Positions 1 to 8,450 of a stretch of DNA of 21,150 nt are shown in pieces (the stretch's first letter is position 1; every line of letters begins with the position of its first letter). Below the pieces are notes generated by a model that was not told the DNA's origin, ran no database searches, and worked only from the letters and a program-made list of their open reading frames with translations. Position numbers and translations under genes: made by a program. The stretch lies in contig JBKJLC010000210.1 in assembly GCA_046597055.1 (NCBI GenBank), positions 1 through 21,150 on the forward strand, in the 5' to 3' direction. This DNA is from Kofleriaceae bacterium (GTDB lineage Bacteria; Myxococcota_A; Polyangia; Haliangiales; Haliangiaceae).

Positions 1-126
1 CCCGGGGACCCCGGATCGAGCAAGCGCCGGGACCTCGGCTTCGCCGACGGCGAGGCCGGCCGCGCGCACCCCAGCGTCGCCACGGGTCGAAGCGAAAGCG
101 CGTTCGAACCGAAGCGAAAGAAGTGA
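1..126 (+). CDS. Probable 3' end of an upstream CDS (partial, unknown product)
   Basis: Frame 1 is open from base 1 (PGDPGSSKRRDLGFADGEAG...FEPKRKK) to TGA at 124-126, with mostly GC3-rich codons; no recognisable motif. Confidence 0.45.
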   Translation, partial: PGDPGSSKRRDLGFADGEAGRAHPSVATGRSESAFEPKRKK

Positions 127-130
127 TCAA

Positions 131-187
131 TCCTGAGCTCTGACCTTCGACACGGCGCCTGCGGCGCCGGCTCAGGGCCACCGGGAA
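131..187 (+). repeat. REP-like palindromic repeat copy (CCTTCGAC-hairpin-GGCTCAGGGCCACCGGGAA)
   Basis: 169-187 is identical to 7316-7334 (19 nt); CCTTCGAC at 144-151 matches 7394-7401; internal hairpin GGCGCC-TGC-GGCGCC; CCTGAGC (132-138) is complementary to GCTCAGG (170-176). Confidence 0.75.
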
Positions 188-287
188 AGGTGAGCGCTTC
201 CGATCACATGAAGACTTGTGATCAATCCCGAGGGCGACTTTCTCCGGTCTGGAGGCCGTCGCGCGTCGGCGCTGGGCGGTCCGAGCC

Positions 288-341
288 GATGCATGGGAGT
301 CCACGGATCATATCACCTGGGATGCATGGGCTCCCAATTGC
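288..341 (+). promoter_or_regulatory. Candidate regulatory region of the nitrate operon: tandem GATGCATGGG boxes and a possible sigma54 core
   Basis: GATGCATGGG at 288-297 and 321-330 (33-bp period); TGG-N8-TTGC at 327-341 has the GG-N10-GC spacing but an imperfect -24 element. Confidence 0.35.
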
Positions 342-425
342 CCGCAGCTCGATGAACCCGGTGCGCCCCCGGCATTTAGCGATGCCGACATCGGCCGGCA
401 ACACGGGGCCCGTACAAGCGTAGAC

Positions 426-3395
426 ATGAGGGATCCACGACCGAAGGTTGTGATCGTCGGGAACGGGATGGTGAGCGTGCGGCTGGTCGAGGCGGTGCAC
501 ACGCGGGCGCCCGGCCGGTTCGAGGTGGTCGTGCTCGGCGAGGAGCCCCGGCCGGCGTACGACCGGGTCCGGCTGTCGAGCTACTTCGAGACCCGCGATC
601 CGGCTGCGCTGTCCCTGGGCGACGCCGGCTGGTACCGCGACCACGGCGCGACGCTGCGCGCCGGCGAGCGGGTCACCGGGCTCGACCCGGCGGCCGCGCT
701 GGTGACCACCGCCACCGGCGATACCGTCAGCTTCGACCGGCTGGTGCTCGCGACCGGCTCGGCACCGTGGCTGCCGCCGATCCCCGGGGTCGAGCTCCCT
801 GGCGTGTTCGTGTTCCGGACGATCGACGATCTCGACGCGATGATCGGCTGGGCCGACCGGCTGCGCGCGACCCCGGCCGCCGGCAAGCCGCGGTGCGCGG
901 TGCTCGGAGGCGGGCTGCTCGGGCTTGAGGCGGCCCGCGCTGCGCTCGATCTGGGCCTCGAGGTCCACGTGTTCGAGCTGGCCGACCGGCTGATGCCGCG
1001 CCAGCTCGACGCCGCCGGCAGCCGCCTGCTCGAAGCCGCGATCACGCAGCTCGGCATCACGATCCACCTGGGCCGGGCCCCGAGCGCGCTGGTCGGCGGC
1101 GGCGCGGTCGCCGGCCTCCGGGTCGGCGCCGACGAGCTGCCGTTCGCGATGGTGATCGTGTCGGCCGGCATCCGTCCGCGCGACGAGCTGGCCCGGGCCG
1201 CCGGGCTGGCGGTCGGGCCGCGCGGCGGCGTGGTCGTCGACGACGCGCTGGCCACCAGTGATCCCCGCATCGCCGCGATCGGCGAGGTCGCGCTGCACCG
1301 GGGCCGGCTGTACGGGCTGGTCGCGCCCGGCCAGGCCATGGCCGACGTGGTCGCGCGCCAGCTGGCCGGCGAGGACGCGCGCTGGACCGGCGCCGACGAC
1401 GCGGCCAAGCTCAAGCTGCTCGGCGTCGACGTCGCCAGCTTCGGCGACCCGTTCGCGGGCGACGGCGCCGCCCCCGACGCGCGCGCGCTGATGTTCCACG
1501 ACCTCCAGCGCGGCGTGTACCAGAAGCTGGTGGTCTCGGCCGACGGCCAGCGCCTGCTCGGCGGCGTGCTGGTCGGCGATGCCTCGCGCTGGGCCGAGCT
1601 GTCGGGGCTGGCCCGCTCGGCCGCGCCGCTGGCGCTGGCCCCGCACGAGCTGCTGATGGGCCGGGCCAGCAGCGGCGCCGCCGCGCTCGCCGACGACGCC
1701 CAGGTGTGCGCGTGCAACGGGGTCGACGCCGGTGGCGTCCGCACCGCGATCCGCGCCGGCAAGCTGGGCAGCCTCGACGACATCAAGCGCACGACCCGCG
1801 CCGGCACCGGGTGTGGCGGCTGCGGGCCCGAGCTGGGCCGCCTGCTCGCCGCCGAGCTGACCGCGCGCGGCGAGGTGGTCCGCCGCCGCATCTGCGAGCA
1901 CTTCGACTACACCCGCCAGGAGCTGTACGCGATCGCGTCGACCCTCGACCTGCGCGACTTCGACGCGCTGCTGGCGGCGCGCGGCACCGGCCACGGCTGC
2001 GAGGTCTGCAAGCCGCTGGCGGCCTCGATCTTCGCCAGCCTGCGGCCCGACGTGATCCTCGATCGCAACCCGACCATCCAGGACACCAACGACAAGTTCC
2101 TCGCCAACCTGCAGCGACGCGGGCTGTACTCGGTGGTGCCGCGGGTGCCCGGCGGCGAGCTCACGCCCGACCAGCTGATCACGCTCGGCGAGCTGGCCCG
2201 TCGCCACGGCCTCTACACCAAGATCACCGGCGGCCAGCGCATCGACATGTTCGGGGCCCGGGTCGACCAGCTGCCCGACATCTGGGAGGCGCTGGTCGCG
2301 GCCGGCTTCGAGAGCGGCCACGCGTACGGCAAGGCGTTGCGCACGGTCAAGAGCTGCGTCGGCTCGAGCTGGTGCCGGTTCGGCGTGCAGGACTCGGTCG
2401 GCCTCGCGATCCGGATCGAGCATCGCTACAAGGGCATCCGCGCGCCCCACAAGCTGAAGAGCGGCGTGTCGGGCTGCATCCGCGAGTGTGCCGAAGCCCA
2501 GGGCAAGGACTTCGGCATCATCGCCACCGAGCGCGGCTACAACCTGTACGTCGGCGGCAACGGCGGCACCCGCCCGCGCCACGCCGAGCTGCTGGCGACC
2601 GACCTCGACGAGCCGGCGCTGATCCGGCTGATCGATCGCTTCTTGGTCTACTACATCCGCACCGCCGATCAGCTGACCCGCACCTCGGTGTGGATCGAGA
2701 AGCTCGAGGGCGGCCTCGACCACCTGCGCGCCGTGATCGTGCACGACAGCCTCGGGATCGGGGCCGAGCTCGAGCGCCACATGCAGCGGCTGGTCGATGG
2801 CTACCAGTGCGAGTGGGCCGCGGTGGTGAGCGATCCGGTCAAGCGCGCCCGCTTCCGCGCGTTCGCCAACAGCGACGCGCCCGACGACGGCATCACCTGG
2901 GTCCAGGAGCGCGGCCAGGCCAGGCCGGCTGACTGGCCCAAGCCGGCGCCGCCGGCGCTGGTGCCGGCCCCGACCCGACGGGTCCGGACGCCGGACCCCG
3001 CCGCGCACTGGACCGACGTCGGGCGCGTGGCCGATCTCCCGATCGACGGCGGGGTCGCGATCCGCCACGGCCAGGTCCAGCTCGCGCTGTTTCGTCATCG
3101 CGACGGCGAGGTCTACGCGACCCAGAACATGTGTCCGCACAAGCAGGACCAGCTGCTCGCCCGCGGGCTGCTCGGCGATCGCGCCGGCGAGCCCAAGATC
3201 GCCTGCCCCCAGCACAAGCACAGCTTCTCGCTGCGCACCGGGGCATGCCTGACCTCGGCCGACCTGCCGCCGCTCCGCACGTTCCCGGTCCGGATCGAGG
3301 CGGGCCGCGTGCTGGCCCACCTGCCCCCGCCGGCCGCGCTCGCCGAGCTGTGCCCCACCCAGGCCGCGTGCGCGGCGCACGCCGTGGCGATGTGA
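426..3395 (+). CDS. nirB: NAD(P)H-dependent siroheme nitrite reductase, NirB large subunit fused to a C-terminal NirD Rieske domain
   Basis: FAD motif IVGNGMV; NAD motif VLGGGLLGLE; BFD-like [2Fe-2S] Cys motifs (CACNGV...GCGGC; CEHF...GCEVC); siroheme/[4Fe-4S] ligands CVGSSWC and GCIREC; after a Pro-rich linker, a Rieske motif CPH...CPQH. Confidence 0.96.
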   Translation: MRDPRPKVVIVGNGMVSVRLVEAVHTRAPGRFEVVVLGEEPRPAYDRVRLSSYFETRDPAALSLGDAGWYRDHGATLRAGERVTGLDPAAALVTTATGDTVSFDRLVLATGSAPWLPPIPGVELPGVFVFRTIDDLDAMIGWADRLRATPAAGKPRCAVLGGGLLGLEAARAALDLGLEVHVFELADRLMPRQLDAAGSRLLEAAITQLGITIHLGRAPSALVGGGAVAGLRVGADELPFAMVIVSAGIRPRDELARAAGLAVGPRGGVVVDDALATSDPRIAAIGEVALHRGRLYGLVAPGQAMADVVARQLAGEDARWTGADDAAKLKLLGVDVASFGDPFAGDGAAPDARALMFHDLQRGVYQKLVVSADGQRLLGGVLVGDASRWAELSGLARSAAPLALAPHELLMGRASSGAAALADDAQVCACNGVDAGGVRTAIRAGKLGSLDDIKRTTRAGTGCGGCGPELGRLLAAELTARGEVVRRRICEHFDYTRQELYAIASTLDLRDFDALLAARGTGHGCEVCKPLAASIFASLRPDVILDRNPTIQDTNDKFLANLQRRGLYSVVPRVPGGELTPDQLITLGELARRHGLYTKITGGQRIDMFGARVDQLPDIWEALVAAGFESGHAYGKALRTVKSCVGSSWCRFGVQDSVGLAIRIEHRYKGIRAPHKLKSGVSGCIRECAEAQGKDFGIIATERGYNLYVGGNGGTRPRHAELLATDLDEPALIRLIDRFLVYYIRTADQLTRTSVWIEKLEGGLDHLRAVIVHDSLGIGAELERHMQRLVDGYQCEWAAVVSDPVKRARFRAFANSDAPDDGITWVQERGQARPADWPKPAPPALVPAPTRRVRTPDPAAHWTDVGRVADLPIDGGVAIRHGQVQLALFRHRDGEVYATQNMCPHKQDQLLARGLLGDRAGEPKIACPQHKHSFSLRTGACLTSADLPPLRTFPVRIEAGRVLAHLPPPAALAELCPTQAACAAHAVAM

Positions 3396-3399
3396 CCGC

Positions 3400-5022
3400 A
3401 TGACCACGACCACCCGCACCATCCGCCTGCCGGTGATCAGCGCCGCCACCGCGGCCGCCGCGCCCCGCCACGGCTTGCTCGAGCGGCTGCTCGAGGAGCA
3501 GCAGGAGCTCACCGCGGTCGACCGCTTCGTCCAGCGCCACACCGGCGCCACGCCGCTGCTCGAGCCGATCTACCGCGCGCGCCTGCCCGCGACCCCGCCG
3601 GCGCCCGGCCAGCAGTACGCGTTCGAGGTCGACCTCGACGCTTGCAGCGGCTGCAAGGCGTGCGTCACCGCCTGCCACCGGCTCAACGGCCTCGACCCCG
3701 GCGAGACCTGGCGCGCGGTCGGCGTGCTGCACGGCGGCGACGCCGCCGCGCCGGTGCTCAAGACCGTGACCGCGGCCTGTCACCACTGCGTCGACCCGGC
3801 CTGCATGCGCGGCTGCCCGGTCGCGGCCTACGAGAAAGATCCCCGCACCGGCATCGTCCGCCACCTCGACGATCAGTGCATCGGCTGCCGCTACTGCACG
3901 CTGACGTGCCCGTACGAGGTGCCGCAGTACAGCGCCAAGCTCGGCATCGTGCGCAAGTGCGACATGTGCAGCAGCCGGCTGTCGGCCGGCGAGGCGCCAG
4001 CGTGCGTGCAGGCGTGCCCGTCGGGCGCGATCGCGATCCGGATCGTCGACGTCGCCCGCGCGATCGAGGACGCCCAGGGCGACGCGTTCCTGCCCGGCGC
4101 GCCGTCGCCGGCGATCACGGTGCCGACCACGATCTACCGCAGCGCCCAGGTGCTGCCGAAGAACCTGTTGCCGGCCGACTTCTACGCGGTGCGGCCGGCC
4201 CACGCGCACGCGCCGCTGGTCGTGATGCTGGTGCTGACCCAGCTCGCGGTCGGCACGCTGGTGGTCGATCGGCTGCTGGCCGCGCTGGCGCCGGTCGCGG
4301 CGGCCCCGCTCGCGCCGATCGCGGCCACGCTCGCGCTGGTGGCCGCGCTGGTCGCGCTGGCCGCCAGCACGCTGCACCTCGGCCGGCCCTGGTACGCGTT
4401 CCGTGCGCTGCTCGGCGTGCGGACCTCGTGGGTCAGCCGCGAGATCCTCGCGTTCGGAGGGTTCGCGCTGGCGGCCAGCGCGCACGCGCTCGCGTCGGCG
4501 CGGGTCCCGGCGCTCGGTGCCGCCGCGGTCGCGCTCGGCATCGCCGGCATCGGCGCGTCGGTGATGCTGTACGCGGTCACCCACCGGGCCTGGTGGGGGC
4601 TGGGCCGGACCCTGGCCCGGTTCGCCGGCACCGCGCTCGTGCTCGGCGTGGCCGCGCTGCTGGTGGTGGCCTCCGCGCTCGGCGCCGACGCGCTGGCCGC
4701 CGACCTGGCGCTGGCGCTACCGATCCTGCTCGCGGGCAAGCTCGCCATCGAGCTCGCGGTCCTCGTCCACCTGCGCGACCACGTCCACGGCGAGCTGAAG
4801 CGCACCGCGCTGCTGCTGACCACCCGGCTCCGTGGGCTGATGTGGGCGCGGGTCGCCGCCGCCGTGATCGGCGCGATCGGGGCGCCGCTCGTCCTCGCGG
4901 GCGATCTGTCGGTGGCGGCCGCCGCGGTCGCGTTCGTCGCGATCCTGGCCGGCGAGGTGCTCGAGCGGATCGGCTTCTTCGCCGCGGCCAGCCCGCCCCG
5001 CATGCCGGGGACGTTCCAGTGA
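3400..5022 (+). CDS. Fused 4x[4Fe-4S] ferredoxin (DmsB/NrfC-like) and DmsC/YnfH-family membrane anchor
   Basis: 16 Cys in four groups ([41 protein letters not shown]...CVQACP), followed by about 8 hydrophobic segments with the DmsC/NrfD-type motif STLHLGRP...SWVSREI. Confidence 0.92.
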   Translation: MTTTTRTIRLPVISAATAAAAPRHGLLERLLEEQQELTAVDRFVQRHTGATPLLEPIYRARLPATPPAPGQQYAFEVDLDACSGCKACVTACHRLNGLDPGETWRAVGVLHGGDAAAPVLKTVTAACHHCVDPACMRGCPVAAYEKDPRTGIVRHLDDQCIGCRYCTLTCPYEVPQYSAKLGIVRKCDMCSSRLSAGEAPACVQACPSGAIAIRIVDVARAIEDAQGDAFLPGAPSPAITVPTTIYRSAQVLPKNLLPADFYAVRPAHAHAPLVVMLVLTQLAVGTLVVDRLLAALAPVAAAPLAPIAATLALVAALVALAASTLHLGRPWYAFRALLGVRTSWVSREILAFGGFALAASAHALASARVPALGAAAVALGIAGIGASVMLYAVTHRAWWGLGRTLARFAGTALVLGVAALLVVASALGADALAADLALALPILLAGKLAIELAVLVHLRDHVHGELKRTALLLTTRLRGLMWARVAAAVIGAIGAPLVLAGDLSVAAAAVAFVAILAGEVLERIGFFAAASPPRMPGTFQ

Positions 5023-7238
5023 GCCGGCGCTCGCTGGGCGCGCGCGCCCTCGACCTGATGCTTGCCCGCGAGGGCAAGCTGACCGACCGGCTCGAGCGGG
5101 TGCCGGGCGGCTTCGGCCTCGGCCAGGTCCCGCGCGCGCTGGCGCCCGACGGGACCACGACGCTGGTGTGCGGCTACTGCTCGACCGGGTGCGGCCTGAG
5201 CGTGCACCTGCAGAACGGGCGCGCAGTCAACCTGTCCCCGGCGGCCGACTATCCGGTCAACCGCGGCCTGGCGTGTCCGAAGGGCTGGGAGGCGCTGGCG
5301 CCGCTCACCGCCCCCGATCGCGGCACCACGCCGCTGGTGCGCACCGGCCACGGCGGGCTCGCGCCGGTGACCTGGCCGGCCGCGCTCGACCGCTTCGTCC
5401 ACGGCGTGCGCGCGATCCAGGAGGCCCACGGCCCGCAGGCGATGGCGTTCCTCGGCACCGGCCAGGCCCCGATCGAGGAGCAGGCGTTCCTGGGCGCGCT
5501 CGCCAAGTTCGGCATGGGCATGGTCCACGGCGATGCCAACACCCGGCAGTGCATGGCGACCGCGGTGGTCGCCTACAAGGAGTGCTTCGGCTTCGACGCG
5601 CCGCCGTACACGTACGGCGATCTCGAGGCGTCGGACGCGCTGATCTTCGTCGGCGCCAACCCGTGCATCGCCCACCCGATCCTGTGGGAGCGCGTGGTCC
5701 GCAACCCGCGCAACCCCGATATCGTCGTGATCGACCCGCGCCGCACCGAGACCGCGCAGGCCGCGACCCGCCACCTCGCGATCCGCCCCGGCGGTGACCT
5801 GGTGCTGCTGTACGCGGTCGCCCACGTGCTGATCCGCGAGGGCTGGCTCGATCGGGCCTTCATCGACGAGCACACCAGCGGCTTCGCCGAGTTTGCCGCC
5901 CACGTCGCCGGGTTTCCGCCGGCGCGCGCCGCCCTCACCTGCGGGCTCGAGCCGGCCGAGATCGAGGCGCTGGCCCGGCTGATCCACGCGCGGCCGCGGG
6001 TGTCGTTCTGGTGGACGATGGGGGTCAACCAGAGCCACCAGGGCGTGCGGACCGCGCAGGCGATCATCGCGCTCGCGCTCATGACCGGCAACATCGGGCG
6101 GCCCGGCACCGGCGCCAACTCGATCACCGGGCAGTGCAACGCGATGGGCTCGCGGCTGTTCAGCAACACGACCAACCTGATCGGCGGCCACCGGTTCGAC
6201 GACGCCGACCACCGGACCAAGGTCGCCGGCGTGCTCGGCCTCGACGAGGCCTGCCTCCCGACCCAGCCCGGCTGGGCCTACGACCAGATCCTCGAGGGCA
6301 TCGCGCGCGGCGACATCCGCGGGCTGTGGATCGTCGCGACCAACACCGCGCACTCGTGGATCAACCAGCGCGACGCGCGCGAGCTGCTCGGTCGGCTCGA
6401 GCTGCTGGTGGTCCAGGATCTGTTCCCGACCACCGAGACCGCGCAGCTCGCCCACGTGTACCTGCCGGCCGCCGGCTGGGGCGAGAAGGACGGCGTGTTC
6501 ATCAACAGCGAGCGCCGGCTCGGCGTGATCAAGCAGGTGTCACCGGCGCCGGGCCAGGCGCTGTCCGACTTCCGGATCTTCCAGCTGATCGCCGACGCGT
6601 GGGGCTGCGGCGAGCAGTTCGCGCGCTGGCGGTCGCCGGAGGCGGTGTTCGGCCTGCTGAAGGAGCTGACCCGCGGGCAGCCGTGCGATCTCACCGGCGT
6701 CGGCGGCTACCGCGAGCTCGACGCCGACGGCGGCGTACAGTGGCCGGTGCGCGCGGGCACCGTGGTGCCGGCCGGGGCCGAGCGCCGCCTGTTCGAGGAC
6801 GGCCAGTTCTTCACGCCCGATCGCCGCGCCCGCTTCATCGCCGGCGAGCCCCGGCCGCTGCCCGAGCCGGCGCGCGGGGCCTACCCGTTCACGCTGCTGA
6901 CCGGCCGCGGCAGCGCCAGCCAGTGGCACACCGAGACTCGCACCGGCACCTCGGCGGTCCTGCGCAAGCTGGCGTCGCCCGGTCACGTCGAGCTGCACCC
7001 CGAGGACGCCAGCGCCCTCGGGGTCGGCCCGACCGACTGGGTGCGAGTCTCGTCGCGACGCGGCGCGGTCGAGCTGCGCGCCTTTGTGACCCGCGGGGTC
7101 GCGCGCGGCTGCGTCTTCATCTCGATGCACCTGGCGGTCACCAACGTGCTCACCTTCCCCGCATTCGACCCGTCGTCGCGCCAGCCCGCGTACAAGGCGT
7201 GCGCGGTCGCGGTCGCGCGGATCGACGCGCCCCGCTGA
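5019..7238 (+). CDS. nasA: Mo-bisPGD nitrate reductase catalytic subunit (NasA/NarB-like), 739 aa
   Basis: GTG start overlapping the upstream stop (GTGA 5019-5022), in frame with the 3642..7238 ORF; [4Fe-4S] motif CGYCSTGC...CPKG; Mo-ligand region [49 protein letters not shown]. Confidence 0.9.
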   Translation: MSRRSLGARALDLMLAREGKLTDRLERVPGGFGLGQVPRALAPDGTTTLVCGYCSTGCGLSVHLQNGRAVNLSPAADYPVNRGLACPKGWEALAPLTAPDRGTTPLVRTGHGGLAPVTWPAALDRFVHGVRAIQEAHGPQAMAFLGTGQAPIEEQAFLGALAKFGMGMVHGDANTRQCMATAVVAYKECFGFDAPPYTYGDLEASDALIFVGANPCIAHPILWERVVRNPRNPDIVVIDPRRTETAQAATRHLAIRPGGDLVLLYAVAHVLIREGWLDRAFIDEHTSGFAEFAAHVAGFPPARAALTCGLEPAEIEALARLIHARPRVSFWWTMGVNQSHQGVRTAQAIIALALMTGNIGRPGTGANSITGQCNAMGSRLFSNTTNLIGGHRFDDADHRTKVAGVLGLDEACLPTQPGWAYDQILEGIARGDIRGLWIVATNTAHSWINQRDARELLGRLELLVVQDLFPTTETAQLAHVYLPAAGWGEKDGVFINSERRLGVIKQVSPAPGQALSDFRIFQLIADAWGCGEQFARWRSPEAVFGLLKELTRGQPCDLTGVGGYRELDADGGVQWPVRAGTVVPAGAERRLFEDGQFFTPDRRARFIAGEPRPLPEPARGAYPFTLLTGRGSASQWHTETRTGTSAVLRKLASPGHVELHPEDASALGVGPTDWVRVSSRRGAVELRAFVTRGVARGCVFISMHLAVTNVLTFPAFDPSSRQPAYKACAVAVARIDAPR

Positions 7239-7249
7239 TCGTCTTGCTG

Positions 7250-7443
7250 TTCCGGTGGCCCGGCGCCGAGCGCCGTCTCGAAGAACTCGACGGCGGGCTC
7301 GCGTGCGCTCGCCCTGGCTCAGGGCCACCGGGAAGATGTGTGGGAGCCCGAGGGCAGAGCGCCAAGGTGCCCACGTGATCTTCGACGGGCTGCCCTTCGA
7401 CGGCGGGCTCGCGTGCGCCCGCCCTGGCTCAGGGCCACCGGAA
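7250..7443. mobile_element. MITE/BIME-like non-autonomous element (~194 bp) with terminal inverted repeats and flanking direct repeat
   Basis: TTCCGGTGGCCC (7250-7261) is the exact reverse complement of GGGCCACCGGAA (7432-7443); CTTGCTG abuts both ends (7243-7249 and 7444-7450); internal 45-nt direct repeats at 7287-7331 and 7397-7441 differ by 1 base. Confidence 0.6.
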
Positions 7444-7553
7444 CTTGCTGGATCCCCAGGGCGCCCTCCAGCCGGACGCCATCATCGTTCGACACCGAGC
7501 TCGCGCAGGTTCGGATCGGGACGTCGGGAGCCGGTCGGTCGCGCGGGGTGCGG

Positions 7554-8447
7554 TCAGCGCACGGGCGCGGCCGGCGTCCACAGCAGCGCGCGCACCGGCG
7601 TGATCGCGTGGGCGCCGCGCGGCGGGCTCGCCATCTGCTGCAGATCGAGGCGCTCGGGCTCGACGGTGGCGATGACGAGCTGGCGGCGGCTCGCGCCGAG
7701 GCGACCGCCGAGCGCGGCGTACGAGACCGGCGCGCGCCAGCCGGGCAGCCCGGTCACCGCGCCGGTGACGTCGGTGACGACGGCAGCGTCGAGGCCGCGG
7801 ACCAGCTGGACCAGCCCCGGGTTCGGCAGCGAACCGGCCCCGAGCACCAGCGCGAGCGAGCCCGCCTGCGCGCGCGGCGCGACCACCAGGTCGGCTTCCT
7901 TGTAGTCCTTCACCGCGGCCACCGCGCCCAGCACGTCGGCCTTGGTCACCGTGCCTGCGAAGAACCGCGCGGTCTTGACCTCGCCGCCGAGGACCACGTT
8001 GTCGACGAAGTCGAGGTCGCGACAGCCGGTGGCCGCGAACGCGATCTTGCGGCCGCGCATGGTCTGGATCGAGGTCGACTCGCGACCGAACACGCCCCAG
8101 TCGCGGCTGGTGCCGCCGTCGATCACGGCGGTGGCCAGCACCGGCCCTGGTGCGCGCGCGGCGATGCACAGGCCATCGATGATCGCGAAGTCGGCCCTGC
8201 TCGCCGTGAGGTCGCTGTAGCGCGCGTAGGCCCGGGCCAGGGTCTTGATGCCGGTGCGGGCCTCGATCGCATCCGCGACGGTCTGGGCGAAGGCGAGCCG
8301 CTCGCTGGCCTGGCCGAAACCGAGGGTCGGGGCGTGGATCGCGACGGTGAGATGGGACGGTCGCTCGGCCTGGACCGGCGCGGGGTCGGCCGCGAGCGCG
8401 ACCCACGCGGCGAGCGCGACGACGGTGGTGGAGGTGGTGGCATGCAT
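7554..8447 (-). CDS. Exported PhnD/SsuA-like (type 2 periplasmic binding fold) substrate-binding protein
   Basis: Signal-like N-terminus ending PVQA; segments typical of PhnD-like proteins (IEARTGI, ADFAIID, MRGRKIAF, VLGAVAAVKDYKEADL); starts 3 nt after the TPR gene stop. Confidence 0.65.
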   Translation of the reverse strand: MHATTSTTVVALAAWVALAADPAPVQAERPSHLTVAIHAPTLGFGQASERLAFAQTVADAIEARTGIKTLARAYARYSDLTASRADFAIIDGLCIAARAPGPVLATAVIDGGTSRDWGVFGRESTSIQTMRGRKIAFAATGCRDLDFVDNVVLGGEVKTARFFAGTVTKADVLGAVAAVKDYKEADLVVAPRAQAGSLALVLGAGSLPNPGLVQLVRGLDAAVVTDVTGAVTGLPGWRAPVSYAALGGRLGASRRQLVIATVEPERLDLQQMASPPRGAHAITPVRALLWTPAAPVR

Positions 8448-8450
8448 GGC

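Noticed and set aside
88..120. CGAAGCGAAAG direct repeat (88-98, 110-120) as an operator
   Set aside because: Lies inside the probable upstream CDS tail and is only 11 nt; no independent support.
222..3551. 1109-aa minus-strand ORF and other long antisense/alternate-frame ORFs (e.g. 4182-6455, 7429-9435, 15950-17821, 17876-20044)
   Set aside because: Shadow frames of well-supported genes in very GC-rich DNA; Arg/Ala/Gly-rich with no family motifs.
3642..5018. N-terminal 459 aa of the 1198-aa ORF
   Set aside because: Overlaps the Fer4-DmsC gene out of frame and is low-complexity; the Mo-enzyme sequence begins at GTG 5019.
5019..5080. SRRSL as a Tat signal on the nitrate reductase
   Set aside because: No hydrophobic h-region or cleavage site follows (charged [13 protein letters not shown]), so a periplasmic Nap/Dms-type export is unsupported.
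7287..7441. CRISPR array
   Set aside because: Only two 45-nt units with a 65-nt structured spacer, no cas genes; better explained as REP/MITE.
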